A stretch of DNA of 64,000 nucleotides from an uncultured Candidatus Saccharibacteria bacterium (GCA_964448075.1 CAYUUR010000002.1:158010-222009), one strand, 5' to 3'; shown: positions 25,143 through 35,075, numbered from the stretch's first letter. The notes: generated by a model from the sequence alone, not told the origin. Numbers and translations: made by a program.

Positions 25143-25478
25143 TGCTATTAATACTCCCTCGCAAATATCTAGTAACGTACCATAGCACTATACATAGAAA
25201 ACAGAGTTTTCCACAAGACAAAATAGGTAGTAGTACGAAAGTACCGTAAATTTGCCAAAACAGATAGAAAGTTATGCACAGATTCTACCCTCATCTGGTA
25301 ATCTGTGGAAAAAGTTTGGTTTATAGTGGAAAACTTGGTAAAATCTTTGGGTAAATATTGTTAATTTCACGCCAATCAACAAAGACTGGTTAGCTAGGTT
25401 TGTACTTATTAGCCTGACTACCGTATGATAGGTGAAAGACATCAACTAAGTTTAAGCAACAACAAGGATTACAAAGAC
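25143..25478. promoter_or_regulatory. oriC part 2 / dnaA and rpmH promoter region with DnaA boxes
   Basis: TTTTCCACA (25207-25215), TTATGCACA (25272-25280), TTTTCCACA (25312-25304, minus), TTTTCCACT (25333-25325, minus). Confidence 0.6.
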
Positions 25479-25616
25479 ATGCCAAAACGAACATTTCAAC
25501 CAAAGAAACGCCACCGCGCACGCGAGCATGGTTTCTTCAAGCGAATGGCTAGTAAAGCCGGCCGCAACGTTCTCAAGAGTCGACGTATCAAGGGTCGAAA
25601 GCGTTTGACTCACTAG
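25479..25616 (+). CDS. rpmH: 50S ribosomal protein L34
   Basis: [45 protein letters not shown] (45 aa). The ORF-track start at 25425 is an upstream extension. Confidence 0.95.
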   Translation: MPKRTFQPKKRHRAREHGFFKRMASKAGRNVLKSRRIKGRKRLTH

Positions 25617-25627
25617 GGGTCACCAGA

Positions 25628-25993
25628 ATGCTACGACGCGCCAACCGCTTCCACGGCTACAATAGTCTAAACGATGTTTATCGTAATGGGAGCACGGTTA
25701 GAGCAAACGAACTATCGATTCGCTACAAAGTTAACCCAAAACGCAATCAGTACAGAGTTGCAGTTGTGGTTAGTAAAAAAGTTAGTAAATCCGCCGTTGT
25801 ACGTAACCGAATTAGACGACGAGTATTTGAAATCATGCGTCAACAGGGCGACGCAATACACCAGCCATTCGACATTGTAATATCGATTCATAGCGAAAAC
25901 ATTGCAGATATGCCTACACTTATACTGAAGGATATTCTTCTCGGGCAACTAAGTCGTGCTAAAATTACCGCTCGAAGCCATGTTACTGACTAG
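25628..25993 (+). CDS. rnpA: ribonuclease P protein component
   Basis: 121 aa, basic. Contains AVVVSKKVSKSAVVRNRIRRRVFE (RNR motif) and follows rpmH. Confidence 0.85.
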   Translation: MLRRANRFHGYNSLNDVYRNGSTVRANELSIRYKVNPKRNQYRVAVVVSKKVSKSAVVRNRIRRRVFEIMRQQGDAIHQPFDIVISIHSENIADMPTLILKDILLGQLSRAKITARSHVTD

Positions 25994-26025
25994 TTCACAT
26001 GGTAGAATAGAATAAAGGGAGAAAT

Positions 26026-26961
26026 ATGTTTACTACACTGATAGTCCAACCGATCTTTAATATCCTTGTCGTTATTTATGCGATTCTGCCGGGTCATAAC
26101 TTCGGTGCAGCAATTATTTTATTCACCATCCTTATAAGAATGCTCATGTGGCCATTGGTCAAGAAGCAGCTTCATCACGCCAAAGCAATGCGTGCTCTGC
26201 AACCAGAACTTAAGAAAATCAAAAAAGAAGCCAAGGGTGATAGAGCAAAAGAACAAGCCTTAACGATGGAACTGTATAAAGAGCGACAGGTAAATCCATT
26301 CAGCTCAATAGGTCTTCTCATTATTCAGATTCCAATTTTCCTGGGTCTATACAGCGGCATTAGGCGTATTGTTGACGATCCTAGCCAGCTTATAAGTTTT
26401 GCATACCCTTGGGTTCAGAATCTGAGTTGGATGCAAGAATTGGCAACTGACATCGGTAAGCTTGATGAAACTTTATTCGGAGTTGTTGACTTAACACGGG
26501 CTGCGCTTAATCCGGGTGGCGGTATATATTGGCCGGCAATGATCATTGTAGTTTCATCTGTTATTGCGCAGTATTATCAGAGCAAACAACTCATGCCGTC
26601 GCCAAAAGAGAAAAAATCACTCCGGGCCATACTTAAGGACGCTTCTTCGGGTAAACAAGCTGACCAGTCGGAAATGCAAGCCGCTATCACAAGTAAAACA
26701 ATGTTGCTTCTTCCTGGTATGATCTTTCTTGTCACGGTGAATCTTGCTTCGGCATTGTCTCTTTATTTCCTCGTCAGTTCATTGGTTGCAATCATCCAAC
26801 AAACAATTGTACTCCGAAAAGATGAAGAAGAGATGGAAGTGATCGCGAGTAGTCCTTCAAAAGACAAAGCAATCGAAGGCGAAGTTATCTCTCCCAGGAA
26901 AGCTCCCAAAACAAAAAGCACAAAAAAAACTCCCAAGAAACGTAACAAGCGGAGGAAATAG
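26026..26961 (+). CDS. yidC: membrane protein insertase YidC (short Gram-positive type with Lys-rich tail)
   Basis: 311 aa. Contains MWPLVKKQLHHAKAMRALQPELKKIKKEAKGDRAKEQALTMELYKERQVNPFSS. C-terminus KTKSTKKTPKKRNKRRK. Confidence 0.9.
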   Translation: MFTTLIVQPIFNILVVIYAILPGHNFGAAIILFTILIRMLMWPLVKKQLHHAKAMRALQPELKKIKKEAKGDRAKEQALTMELYKERQVNPFSSIGLLIIQIPIFLGLYSGIRRIVDDPSQLISFAYPWVQNLSWMQELATDIGKLDETLFGVVDLTRAALNPGGGIYWPAMIIVVSSVIAQYYQSKQLMPSPKEKKSLRAILKDASSGKQADQSEMQAAITSKTMLLLPGMIFLVTVNLASALSLYFLVSSLVAIIQQTIVLRKDEEEMEVIASSPSKDKAIEGEVISPRKAPKTKSTKKTPKKRNKRRK

Positions 26962-26963
26962 AT

Positions 26964-27464
26964 ATGACCGACGATACAACCACGCCAATGGAAGAGGGTA
27001 AGGGAGTCGAAGAATCAATCCAATACGCAAAACGTTATATTGAGGATTTACTGTCATTCTTTGGTTTGAATATTGATGTGTATGCAACCAACAGTGAAGA
27101 TGAGGTTATTGAGCTACATGTGCCTTCAACGCATCTCAACGGCTTTTTGATTGGTCAGCGAGGCGACACAATGCGAGCCCTACAGTTCATGATTATGACG
27201 GCACTCCGCAACCAAGGTTACGTAATGACTCGAGTTAATGTAGATATTGCTGACTATAAAAAGAACCATGCAGATCGTCTTGTAGAGCAGGCACAAGAAT
27301 GGATGGATAGTGTCAAGAAGTCAGGCGAGCCAATGCATTTACAGCCAATGAATGCCGCTGATCGTCGTGTTATTCATAAAGCCGCGGGGGAAGCTGGTCT
27401 CGTTACCGAATCAGAGGGTGAAGGCCGCGATCGGCACATTGTTATCAAGCCCGCAGCACAATAA
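26964..27464 (+). CDS. jag: Jag/KhpB-type RNA-binding protein (KH plus R3H domains)
   Basis: 166 aa. R3H motif MNAADRRVIHKAAGEAGLVTESEGEGRDRHIVI. Conserved position after yidC. Confidence 0.85.
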   Translation: MTDDTTTPMEEGKGVEESIQYAKRYIEDLLSFFGLNIDVYATNSEDEVIELHVPSTHLNGFLIGQRGDTMRALQFMIMTALRNQGYVMTRVNVDIADYKKNHADRLVEQAQEWMDSVKKSGEPMHLQPMNAADRRVIHKAAGEAGLVTESEGEGRDRHIVIKPAAQ

Positions 27465-27595
27465 GCTGAAAAAATACTTGTGTTTTGGTATGACCAGGCG
27501 TATAACATAAGCAACTTTATAACAAAGGGTGCATATAATGACGTAGTACGACAAACCAGCTAGGTGAGGAGTATAGATGATTTGTCCCGAGAAGT

Positions 27596-27633
27596 CACCG
27601 ATGAATACGCTCCGGGTGTAGTATTCATCGGTG
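27596..27633. other. perfect 13-bp inverted repeat (hairpin) in a 366-bp convergent spacer
   Basis: CACCGATGAATAC (27596-27608), 12-nt loop, GTATTCATCGGTG (27621-27633). No T-run follows on either strand. Confidence 0.5.
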
Positions 27634-27831
27634 TCAGGCTCGAATTGGCAAACATGACATACAAAACTTCCGAACCAGTAGTCTACTCATATTGCCAAAA
27701 GGGGTAGGGGACAAGTACGCAACAAACCGTAATAGTTACAAAACTATAAAATTGAAAAAAAGCAAACAATTGTATAATATGTTTTTTAACAAAGTAGGGT
27801 AGTTGTCAATAAATCACTAACAACAACTATG

Positions 27832-28920
27832 TTATAAAAATTGGTTGAAGACGTCGAGAGTTTGTTGCGCCATTCGTTTCCATGAATACCCCCCTGCCAC
27901 TAAAAAACCTTTATCGCGCAACTTGTTCGCTATTTGTTTATTATTGATAACAAGATCAATATTGTGCGACATATCATTTACGTCAAGTGGATTGAAATAC
28001 ACAGCACCATCTTTGATGACTTCTGGCATACAAGATGCATTACTACTAACTACCGGTGCCCCATGTATCATTGCTTCAATTGGCGGTAACCCAAAGCCTT
28101 CACTGAGACTCGGGAAAACATATGCCTGGGTGTGTTCGTACAGCCATCGTAGCTCCCCTTCTGATACAAAGTCGGTGAACATAACATTTGATATATTACG
28201 TTTCTTTGTTTCGGCAGCAATACGGGCGTATAGGGCGTCTTTTTTGCCAACAAGGACGAGATGAAGCTGAGGATTTGACTTTTGAAGCTCAACAAACGCG
28301 TCGATGAGTCTAGGTAGGTTTTTGTGAGGCAACGGACGGCCAACATACATAATAAACGCCTTATTACTGAGAGCTTTGATTGGGACCGGCGCGTCAGAAA
28401 TTTTGTCGGCAGCCTCGAGCGTAACAGTTATCTTTTTATCAGGTACCCGACAATATCGCATGATATCACGCTTGACGAATTCCGTTGGTGTCAACAAATG
28501 ACGTGATTTATGAGCTACCCAGATATTGACGAGTTTGTAGACTTCACGCTTGAAGGTAAAAACGAACCAATTCTTTTGAGGATTACGAAAGCGCACCGTA
28601 GTAAGATCTTGCATCATAGTAACTGTTTTTCCAAAATATAGTACTGGCTGCTGTACCATTGAGAAAAAAACAAGATCTGGCTTAAGTGAGTAGATTTGCC
28701 ACAGAAGACGTAACTGCTCAGCAAAAGTAAACTCTTTGTGGGGTGAAGCAATGGCAGTAAAGCGCGGCGCAACTGTGTTTATAAACGATAAACGGTGAGG
28801 TTTAGTTAATACGATGAATTCGTGTTTAGAGGGAATATCGTGCAAATGCTCAACGAGCTTATCTATGTAGCGACCGGACGTTGTGCCTGACTCGCGAGCA
28901 TCAATTACGATTCGGCTCAT
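27832..28920 (-). CDS. glycosyltransferase family 4 (GT-B, Glycos_transf_1)
   Basis: 362 aa. Contains EGFGLPPIEAMIHGAPVVSSNASCMPEVIKDGAVYFNP. Confidence 0.8.
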   Translation of the reverse strand: MSRIVIDARESGTTSGRYIDKLVEHLHDIPSKHEFIVLTKPHRLSFINTVAPRFTAIASPHKEFTFAEQLRLLWQIYSLKPDLVFFSMVQQPVLYFGKTVTMMQDLTTVRFRNPQKNWFVFTFKREVYKLVNIWVAHKSRHLLTPTEFVKRDIMRYCRVPDKKITVTLEAADKISDAPVPIKALSNKAFIMYVGRPLPHKNLPRLIDAFVELQKSNPQLHLVLVGKKDALYARIAAETKKRNISNVMFTDFVSEGELRWLYEHTQAYVFPSLSEGFGLPPIEAMIHGAPVVSSNASCMPEVIKDGAVYFNPLDVNDMSHNIDLVINNKQIANKLRDKGFLVAGGYSWKRMAQQTLDVFNQFL

Positions 28921-29879
28921 ATGGTGCCGCCCTTCTCTATCCAGAGTTTTATGTAATTAGCATCAACCACTCGATGTCGTTGTATAGTCCGTCGCTTGCT
29001 CAATGTTCCGGGTAATAGAACTACGCTTCTAAAAAAAGCTCGCACATATGTAATGAATTCGCCATCCCGTATTGAACCGACAGCCATACGAACTAACTGT
29101 ACAAAAAAACGCGGCTTATATCTCCAGTACAAAAAGCCAGGCATATTCTTGTTGTAGAGCAGTACGTAATTCTTGACACTGTGGTAGCGGCGGAATGTGC
29201 CGAGTCGATCACTCGTTTTGCCAATGTGATGGAAGGCACGAGCCGAAGGCTGGTAATATACGTGCCAACCCATTAACTGAGCACGGAAACTGATATCAAC
29301 ATCTTCAAAGTATGCAAAGTAGTCTTCATCAAATAAACCAATCTGTCTAAGCATCTTTGTACGATACAGACTTGCTCCACCAGACGCAGCAAAAACTTGG
29401 CCCGGACTCTCGTACTTATTGTTGTCAGGCTCGTTTCTACCACGAGAAAACGGCATGGCGTTCTTACGAATAAATTCACCAGTACTATCAAGGTGTTTCT
29501 TGTCTATCCTCATAAGTTTTCCGGTAACAATTCCCGTGTGTGGTTGTTTGTTCATGACAGTAAGCAACTCTTTTAACCAGTCCTTATCAGCAATAGCATC
29601 ATTATTGAATAGGGCAACAGAAGAGCAACCAAGATCGATAGCAAGTTCTATGCCGCGATTAACTCCGCCCGCAAAACCATAGTTTGTATCCATCTGTAGG
29701 ACAGTTACCGATGGATATCGTGTTTTTATGAGGTCAACAGAATTGTCGCTCGAGCCATTGTCAACAACGATGATCTGAGCTTTTGTGCTTTGACGCACAA
29801 GTGAACGCAAGCAATCATCAAGGAGCGCTTCGCCATTCCAGTTCGGCACAACAACTGCTACCTGCGATTTATTAATCAT
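28917..29879 (-). CDS. glycosyltransferase family 2 (rhamnosyltransferase-like)
   Basis: 320 aa. Contains VAVVVPNWNGEALLDDCLRSLVRQ..IIVVDNGSSDNS..NYGFAGGVNRG, and DVD. Confidence 0.8.
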   Translation of the reverse strand: MINKSQVAVVVPNWNGEALLDDCLRSLVRQSTKAQIIVVDNGSSDNSVDLIKTRYPSVTVLQMDTNYGFAGGVNRGIELAIDLGCSSVALFNNDAIADKDWLKELLTVMNKQPHTGIVTGKLMRIDKKHLDSTGEFIRKNAMPFSRGRNEPDNNKYESPGQVFAASGGASLYRTKMLRQIGLFDEDYFAYFEDVDISFRAQLMGWHVYYQPSARAFHHIGKTSDRLGTFRRYHSVKNYVLLYNKNMPGFLYWRYKPRFFVQLVRMAVGSIRDGEFITYVRAFFRSVVLLPGTLSKRRTIQRHRVVDANYIKLWIEKGGTI

Positions 29880-29885
29880 GAAACC

Positions 29886-31589
29886 CTAGGACCCTTTCTG
29901 AATGCTAATCTCAGGATATAACTCTTCTAGTATATACTCTGGAACGGTTATTTTCTTGCCTAACAAATCACCTTTCCATTTACCGGTTGGTATACTGAAG
30001 CCTTTTTTGGAGCGGTCAATAATATCTTTAGGTAGAATTTTGCGGTATGCATGTTTCATAAGGCCCTTTAACTCCCCTCCATGGTAGCGAATATCCTCAG
30101 GTACAGAGAATACGTATTCAATGAGCTCCGTCGATAGCAACGGAACACGACATTCAAGCGCGACAGCCATACTGACTCGGTCAACTTTTGTCAGGATATC
30201 GTCAGGCAAATATGTATGAAAATCAAGGTATTGCAAACGCGTCAGCACAGGCAGTGCTGTTTCATAGTATTGTTTGTAGTACCAATGATCATCATAGTCT
30301 TTGCTTATATTAAGTGTTAAACGATATGGTGCCTTTTGTTCTGGAGTCAGTCCGCCCATCAAGCTTGTGTAGAAATCGAGCTCTAGATCAGTGTTGCTGC
30401 GTTTCTTGCCACGGAGTCGTGTAAAGATACCTCCGCCGTTACTATGAACATATGATGCTACCCCATCAACGAATTGTTGGTACCAATTGTAGCCACCGAA
30501 AACCTCGTCGCCACCATCACCGGTAAGAACAACAGTCGAACTGTCTCGCGCCAGCGCGGAAACCTTGTAAACAGGAAATGCAGAAGTATCAGCGAAGGGT
30601 TCGTCATACCATGTTCGTAACTTTGCAAACGATCGCTTAACTTCACCTACGCCTAACACCCGACGTACATGATTCGTCTTAAAGGCTTTTGCTACCATAT
30701 CTGCAAAATGTGTTTCGTCATGCTCCTTTATATCAAAGCCAATTGAGTAGGTGTTGAGTTTAGACGAGTAATCTTTTGCCGCTGCGACAACTACACTTGA
30801 GTCCATGCCGCCACTCAAAAAGAATCCAATGGGAACATCACTCATTAGTTGCTGCTCGACCGCCTTGCTAACAAGTTGACGAGTCTTCGCGCTCGCAGTA
30901 GTAAGGCTGGTGGCCCGCGTCTTGGTACTAAGCTGCCAGTACCTTGTTTTTTCGATTGTGTCAGCAGGAAGGTCGTAACACAAATAGTGTGCTGGTTCTA
31001 ATTTGTAGACATTTTCATATAGTGTCTTTGGGGTTGGGATATAACGATACGTCAAAAAATCGTACACGGCCGTTTTATCAACCATTAATTTATCTGCAGG
31101 AATAAACGCTTCTATCGCCTTGAGTTCTGATGCCCAAACCAGTTGCTTATCGATATGTGCGAAGTAGAGTGGTTTAATACCTACGCGGTCACGAACGAGG
31201 TATAACTTTTGCTTGCTCGCGTCGTACAAACTAAATGCATACATACCTTCAAGTTTTTGTACGAGTTTATCCATACCCCATGCCTTGTATCCGTATAGTA
31301 GAATTTCAGAGTCAGAACCACTTTTAAATGTATATCTACCCTCAAGCGAACGTTTAAGACTCTGAAAGTTATATATCTCACCATTCACTGTAATGACGAT
31401 ATCCTCGTGTAGCATCGGTTGTCGTCCGTTTTCAGATAAGTCCATAATACTAAGGCGTTGATGTCCCATATACACAGATGTGTCCGACCAATCGTTTGAT
31501 TGGTCGGGTCCGCGATGTCGCAGGCACTTGAGCGCCTTGCGACTTCTTGGCAAATCTGTACTACCTGTGTGCCCAAAAATTCCACACAT
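29886..31589 (-). CDS. asparagine synthetase B-family glutamine amidotransferase
   Basis: 567 aa. N-terminal MCGIFG nucleophile and PP-loop SGGMDSS. Confidence 0.85.
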   Translation of the reverse strand: MCGIFGHTGSTDLPRSRKALKCLRHRGPDQSNDWSDTSVYMGHQRLSIMDLSENGRQPMLHEDIVITVNGEIYNFQSLKRSLEGRYTFKSGSDSEILLYGYKAWGMDKLVQKLEGMYAFSLYDASKQKLYLVRDRVGIKPLYFAHIDKQLVWASELKAIEAFIPADKLMVDKTAVYDFLTYRYIPTPKTLYENVYKLEPAHYLCYDLPADTIEKTRYWQLSTKTRATSLTTASAKTRQLVSKAVEQQLMSDVPIGFFLSGGMDSSVVVAAAKDYSSKLNTYSIGFDIKEHDETHFADMVAKAFKTNHVRRVLGVGEVKRSFAKLRTWYDEPFADTSAFPVYKVSALARDSSTVVLTGDGGDEVFGGYNWYQQFVDGVASYVHSNGGGIFTRLRGKKRSNTDLELDFYTSLMGGLTPEQKAPYRLTLNISKDYDDHWYYKQYYETALPVLTRLQYLDFHTYLPDDILTKVDRVSMAVALECRVPLLSTELIEYVFSVPEDIRYHGGELKGLMKHAYRKILPKDIIDRSKKGFSIPTGKWKGDLLGKKITVPEYILEELYPEISIQKGS

Positions 31590-31590
31590 A

Positions 31591-32556
31591 TTACGAAGCT
31601 TTTGTCCGAAGTAGAGTTATTCCAGGGTCTGTGAAAACCTCAAAGTCTTTTTTGATATACTTTTTGGCAATCTCTTCCATCTTTTTTGGTGCCAACGGTT
31701 TGTCGTAGCGCGGACTTAAAGCGTCAAAGGTGTCGTGAATACCGTACTCAACGATGAAAGCGTTTGATTTATTAGCAAATTTTTTGCTTGAGCGATAATT
31801 GAGAAAAGGAACGAATATATGGTTAAACTTCTGGCCGATTGTAAAACGGTTCGTAATGTTTGTAATGTAGAAAACCGGCCACGCGTATAGTTTTATGACA
31901 GAATACAAGAAAGGTGAAGGTAGTTTGTTTGTGAGAGGCAAAAGTGCATATTTCCAGCGCCACCTCTGAAATCGACTGTCAGAATAGGAATGCACAAAGA
32001 CATCACCATCTTTTTTGGCAAACTTCAGTATATGATCAAGTGTTGCTGCGGGGTCGGGAGTATGTTGGAGTACTCGATGGCAAAAAACAATGTCAAACGA
32101 TTTTTCTTTGAGATGAAGATCGGCAATACTATCCTGAACGAGTTGAAGGTTAGAAAAGTTTGCATTTTTCTTGAGGTTTTTTTGTGCAGTATCGACACCG
32201 GCAATATCAACTGATAAAACCTTCGCGCCGAGATTAAGAAGGATTTCTGTATCAGGACCCGCACCACAGCCGCACTCCAAAATCGTCTTACCTTTAAAAT
32301 AATCAGCAGGCCACTGAGTTCTATTGAGCAGAGTATTACGTCTATCGACCGTACCATTGCGAGAATCTAATTGGAGCGTTGCGTGATTGTCTCGTAGCCG
32401 AGAAAAGTTACCCGTAGAGTAAGAAATATCTGGCGTAAAACGTGGAATATTATTACGAATCTTATATCGCGTACCTGCACCCACCAAACTATTACCAACC
32501 TGTTTTAACGGAACCTTACCCTCCACAAAATAACGAGCAAATGTTTTATTGAGCAT
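31591..32556 (-). CDS. class I SAM-dependent methyltransferase
   Basis: 321 aa. Motif I ILECGCGAGPDTEILLNLGAKVLSVDIA. Confidence 0.75.
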   Translation of the reverse strand: MLNKTFARYFVEGKVPLKQVGNSLVGAGTRYKIRNNIPRFTPDISYSTGNFSRLRDNHATLQLDSRNGTVDRRNTLLNRTQWPADYFKGKTILECGCGAGPDTEILLNLGAKVLSVDIAGVDTAQKNLKKNANFSNLQLVQDSIADLHLKEKSFDIVFCHRVLQHTPDPAATLDHILKFAKKDGDVFVHSYSDSRFQRWRWKYALLPLTNKLPSPFLYSVIKLYAWPVFYITNITNRFTIGQKFNHIFVPFLNYRSSKKFANKSNAFIVEYGIHDTFDALSPRYDKPLAPKKMEEIAKKYIKKDFEVFTDPGITLLRTKAS

Positions 32557-33421
32557 CTTTTGGAACCTCCGGTCTTCCCATTTTTCTAATTTCCAACATT
32601 ACATCATCATACTCCGGAGGAGGCTGAAACGCAGATAGTTTTTTCATAATCATTGCAGGATTGTCATAACCTGTGAGTTGATGAGATTTTTCTACAAGCT
32701 TATTAGCTGCTGCAAAATGTTCAAACTCTTCTCGTACCTCGTCCTTAGATAGTTTCAAGCTTGATTTGTGCGCAGATCCTACGGTATAACCCGCCAACAA
32801 CACGGCAAAATCTTTATCCTCAACTTCTTGTCTGCGCCAAAACGGCATAATCCGTTTTGTAAGGCTGGCATGTTTAATACCATGCGCAAAGCCTTTTCTA
32901 AATATGTCGGCATACGATTGCTCAAAATCATGCAGTCCGCACACGATATCAGTAATATCAACATAATGTCCAGTCTTGTGCATTGTCTTGATGACTGTCG
33001 CTTCTGGACGAATATTTACTTGCGGAATGAGTGTTAGGGCATCCTTGAGTCGAGCTGTGCGATACAGCTTCATTCCTCCGACGCGTACCCCGCCAAAGAA
33101 TTTATCAAGCATAGATGACTGGACGCAGAATACGGATTTTGGCTGTGATTCGCCACGTTCATAGAGTTTGTTGATAATATCGTCGCAGGCGAGTATATCT
33201 GCATCGACAACTAAGGTCCACTTTCGACGTGATGCAATACCGATTTCATATGACTTTCGCAGTGCGCTACTGAAAGGAGTTTCGCGAATAAGATGAATAT
33301 TTTTCTGTCGTATTTGATGCGAGAGCAAAGTGTAGCAAGCTTGTTCTGTTCTTTCGCCAACGCCACGAATAACAACAGTTACGTGATTATCTACTGCCCG
33401 TTTGCTGCGGAGACTAAACAT
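32546..33421 (-). CDS. hypothetical protein, possible GT-A-fold glycosyltransferase
   Basis: The first ATG (MFSLRSKR) at 33421 overlaps the upstream stop; the ORF-track start at 33433 is TTG. VTVVIRGVGERTEQ...WTLVVDADIL (DxD-like). Weak call. Confidence 0.4.
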   Translation of the reverse strand: MFSLRSKRAVDNHVTVVIRGVGERTEQACYTLLSHQIRQKNIHLIRETPFSSALRKSYEIGIASRRKWTLVVDADILACDDIINKLYERGESQPKSVFCVQSSMLDKFFGGVRVGGMKLYRTARLKDALTLIPQVNIRPEATVIKTMHKTGHYVDITDIVCGLHDFEQSYADIFRKGFAHGIKHASLTKRIMPFWRRQEVEDKDFAVLLAGYTVGSAHKSSLKLSKDEVREEFEHFAAANKLVEKSHQLTGYDNPAMIMKKLSAFQPPPEYDDVMLEIRKMGRPEVPKDAQ

Positions 33422-35075
33422 GATTATCAACAAGCTCGTTCAGTTTTGTTAGAGCGAAGGACGTGTCATGATGAGCCGTTAGTACTACTTCAGGCATATT
33501 CCTGATATGTAGCGGCTTATCGACAATATGGTGCCACTCTACATGATTCATAAAAAGTGCGTAACCAAAACTGAGCTGATCACGTTTGCTATAGTTCTTG
33601 ACTTCATACCACCACGTGTTCATCACCCCAGGTAGTTTCTTGTTTTTTAGATTGAACATGAGCAAGCCATTCTCGGCGAGAATCTTGCCACCGAAGCCCG
33701 ATGCCTCATAGCGAGCAACCTGTTTTTTCATAACAGCAGGATCATCCTTTTTTCGCAAAATACAGGCTTCAAGTTCTTCTTGAATTGTCTGCCGATGTTG
33801 ATGTGGAGTGCTAGCAACTGGCTTGCCGGTTTTTAAGAATTGTTCTAACAGCGGGTAAAGAGACTCAACTATAAGTAAGCTCGAATCTATCCATATGACC
33901 GCATCATACTCTGCGAACAGTTCATGAGGGTGTGTTTTAACGTAACGGATCGTGCGACCAGCATCCTTTTCAGCGACAGGGAATGGTCGAATATCATACA
34001 CGCCGTAGCCACTCACGTTTTCATCAGTATATGCCACATAGTCAAAACGGTCGTCAACAACAGCAGGCAGCTTCAAAGTATCATATCCTGCGCTAAAGGA
34101 CGTACAAATTACATACTTGCGTTTTATGTTCTGCTTGGCATAGTGTTTAACCTGTCTAATATATGCATCTGAGCTATGAAGACGACGTACAACACTTTCG
34201 TTAAACCGGATAACAAGTTTTATGTTTTCGTCCTTGAGCCAATCTGCGTCAACAAATGTATCTGCAAGTTCACCCCAACGTGATGCGGCTACTTTCCAAT
34301 TCTGTTGCTGTGTAGGTATTTCTGCCCACTCAATTCGTAACCATGGGTCATCAGTTTTCTTCATTCCTTCAAGCACTGTTCTCTCGGCTTCTTCGTAACT
34401 GCCCGAATACCGGAGTGCTTGTGTGAGCGCTACCCAGGCGCTTGCCGGCAGCTCACCGTGCCGGCTAAGGGAAAGTTTGAAAGCATTAACAGCTTGCTTC
34501 CACTTATTTTCGGCTGCAAGCGTTTGTGCGCGGGCCAACAAAAGCTCTTGATTATCGGGATTCTTGGTAAGCGCTAAATCTACCGTAGAAAGCGCGGTCT
34601 TATAGTCACCACTCTTCGCAAGGCAGTGAACGAGTCGGGCGATATATTTTGGTGTAGACTTTGTGCTCGGGCTTTCCTGGATGATGCCTTGCCAAGCGCC
34701 TATCGCGGTGTTCCATTCCTTGGCTGCGGTAGCAACCTCAGCATACTCAATAGAAAGCGACAGATCGCTTGGGTATTTTTCTCGGCCTACTGCGACAGTC
34801 TGAACCGCTTGTTGAAACTTAAGTTGACTACGTTCAGCAACAGAGAGTTGACGATAGGCCTCTGCAGGAGCCTCCTTGTTCAGCGTAGTTATGTAATTGC
34901 GCCACAATGCTTCGGCGCGTGCCCACTGCTTTGTTGCTGTGGCTTGTGCGGCTGCCATGGTTTTCTCTGCAAGTTGCTCTTGCTGTTCTGTTACGGATAG
35001 CCCTGACGTCGGTTTATTTAATCGGTTTCTCACCGATCCAAGTTTTCCCCGTATTTTATGTGATATTTTCTTCAT
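33414..35075 (-). CDS. TPR-repeat protein fused to a TOD1/MUCI70 (formerly DUF616) glycosyltransferase-like domain
   Basis: 553 aa. The N-terminal ~270 aa are TPR-like helices. C-terminal motifs YVICTSFSAGYDTLK...RTIRYVKTHPHELFAEYDAVIWIDSSLLIV...KRDQLSFGYAL. Paralog of the next gene. Confidence 0.55.
   Translation of the reverse strand: MKKISHKIRGKLGSVRNRLNKPTSGLSVTEQQEQLAEKTMAAAQATATKQWARAEALWRNYITTLNKEAPAEAYRQLSVAERSQLKFQQAVQTVAVGREKYPSDLSLSIEYAEVATAAKEWNTAIGAWQGIIQESPSTKSTPKYIARLVHCLAKSGDYKTALSTVDLALTKNPDNQELLLARAQTLAAENKWKQAVNAFKLSLSRHGELPASAWVALTQALRYSGSYEEAERTVLEGMKKTDDPWLRIEWAEIPTQQQNWKVAASRWGELADTFVDADWLKDENIKLVIRFNESVVRRLHSSDAYIRQVKHYAKQNIKRKYVICTSFSAGYDTLKLPAVVDDRFDYVAYTDENVSGYGVYDIRPFPVAEKDAGRTIRYVKTHPHELFAEYDAVIWIDSSLLIVESLYPLLEQFLKTGKPVASTPHQHRQTIQEELEACILRKKDDPAVMKKQVARYEASGFGGKILAENGLLMFNLKNKKLPGVMNTWWYEVKNYSKRDQLSFGYALFMNHVEWHHIVDKPLHIRNMPEVVLTAHHDTSFALTKLNELVDNHV

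Noticed and set aside
27771-27778. Extended -10-like TGTATAAT in the jag/GT4 convergent spacer
   Set aside because: No downstream plus-strand gene exists for it to serve, since it points into the 3' end of a minus-strand gene. It is kept only as part of the spacer observation and is not called a promoter.
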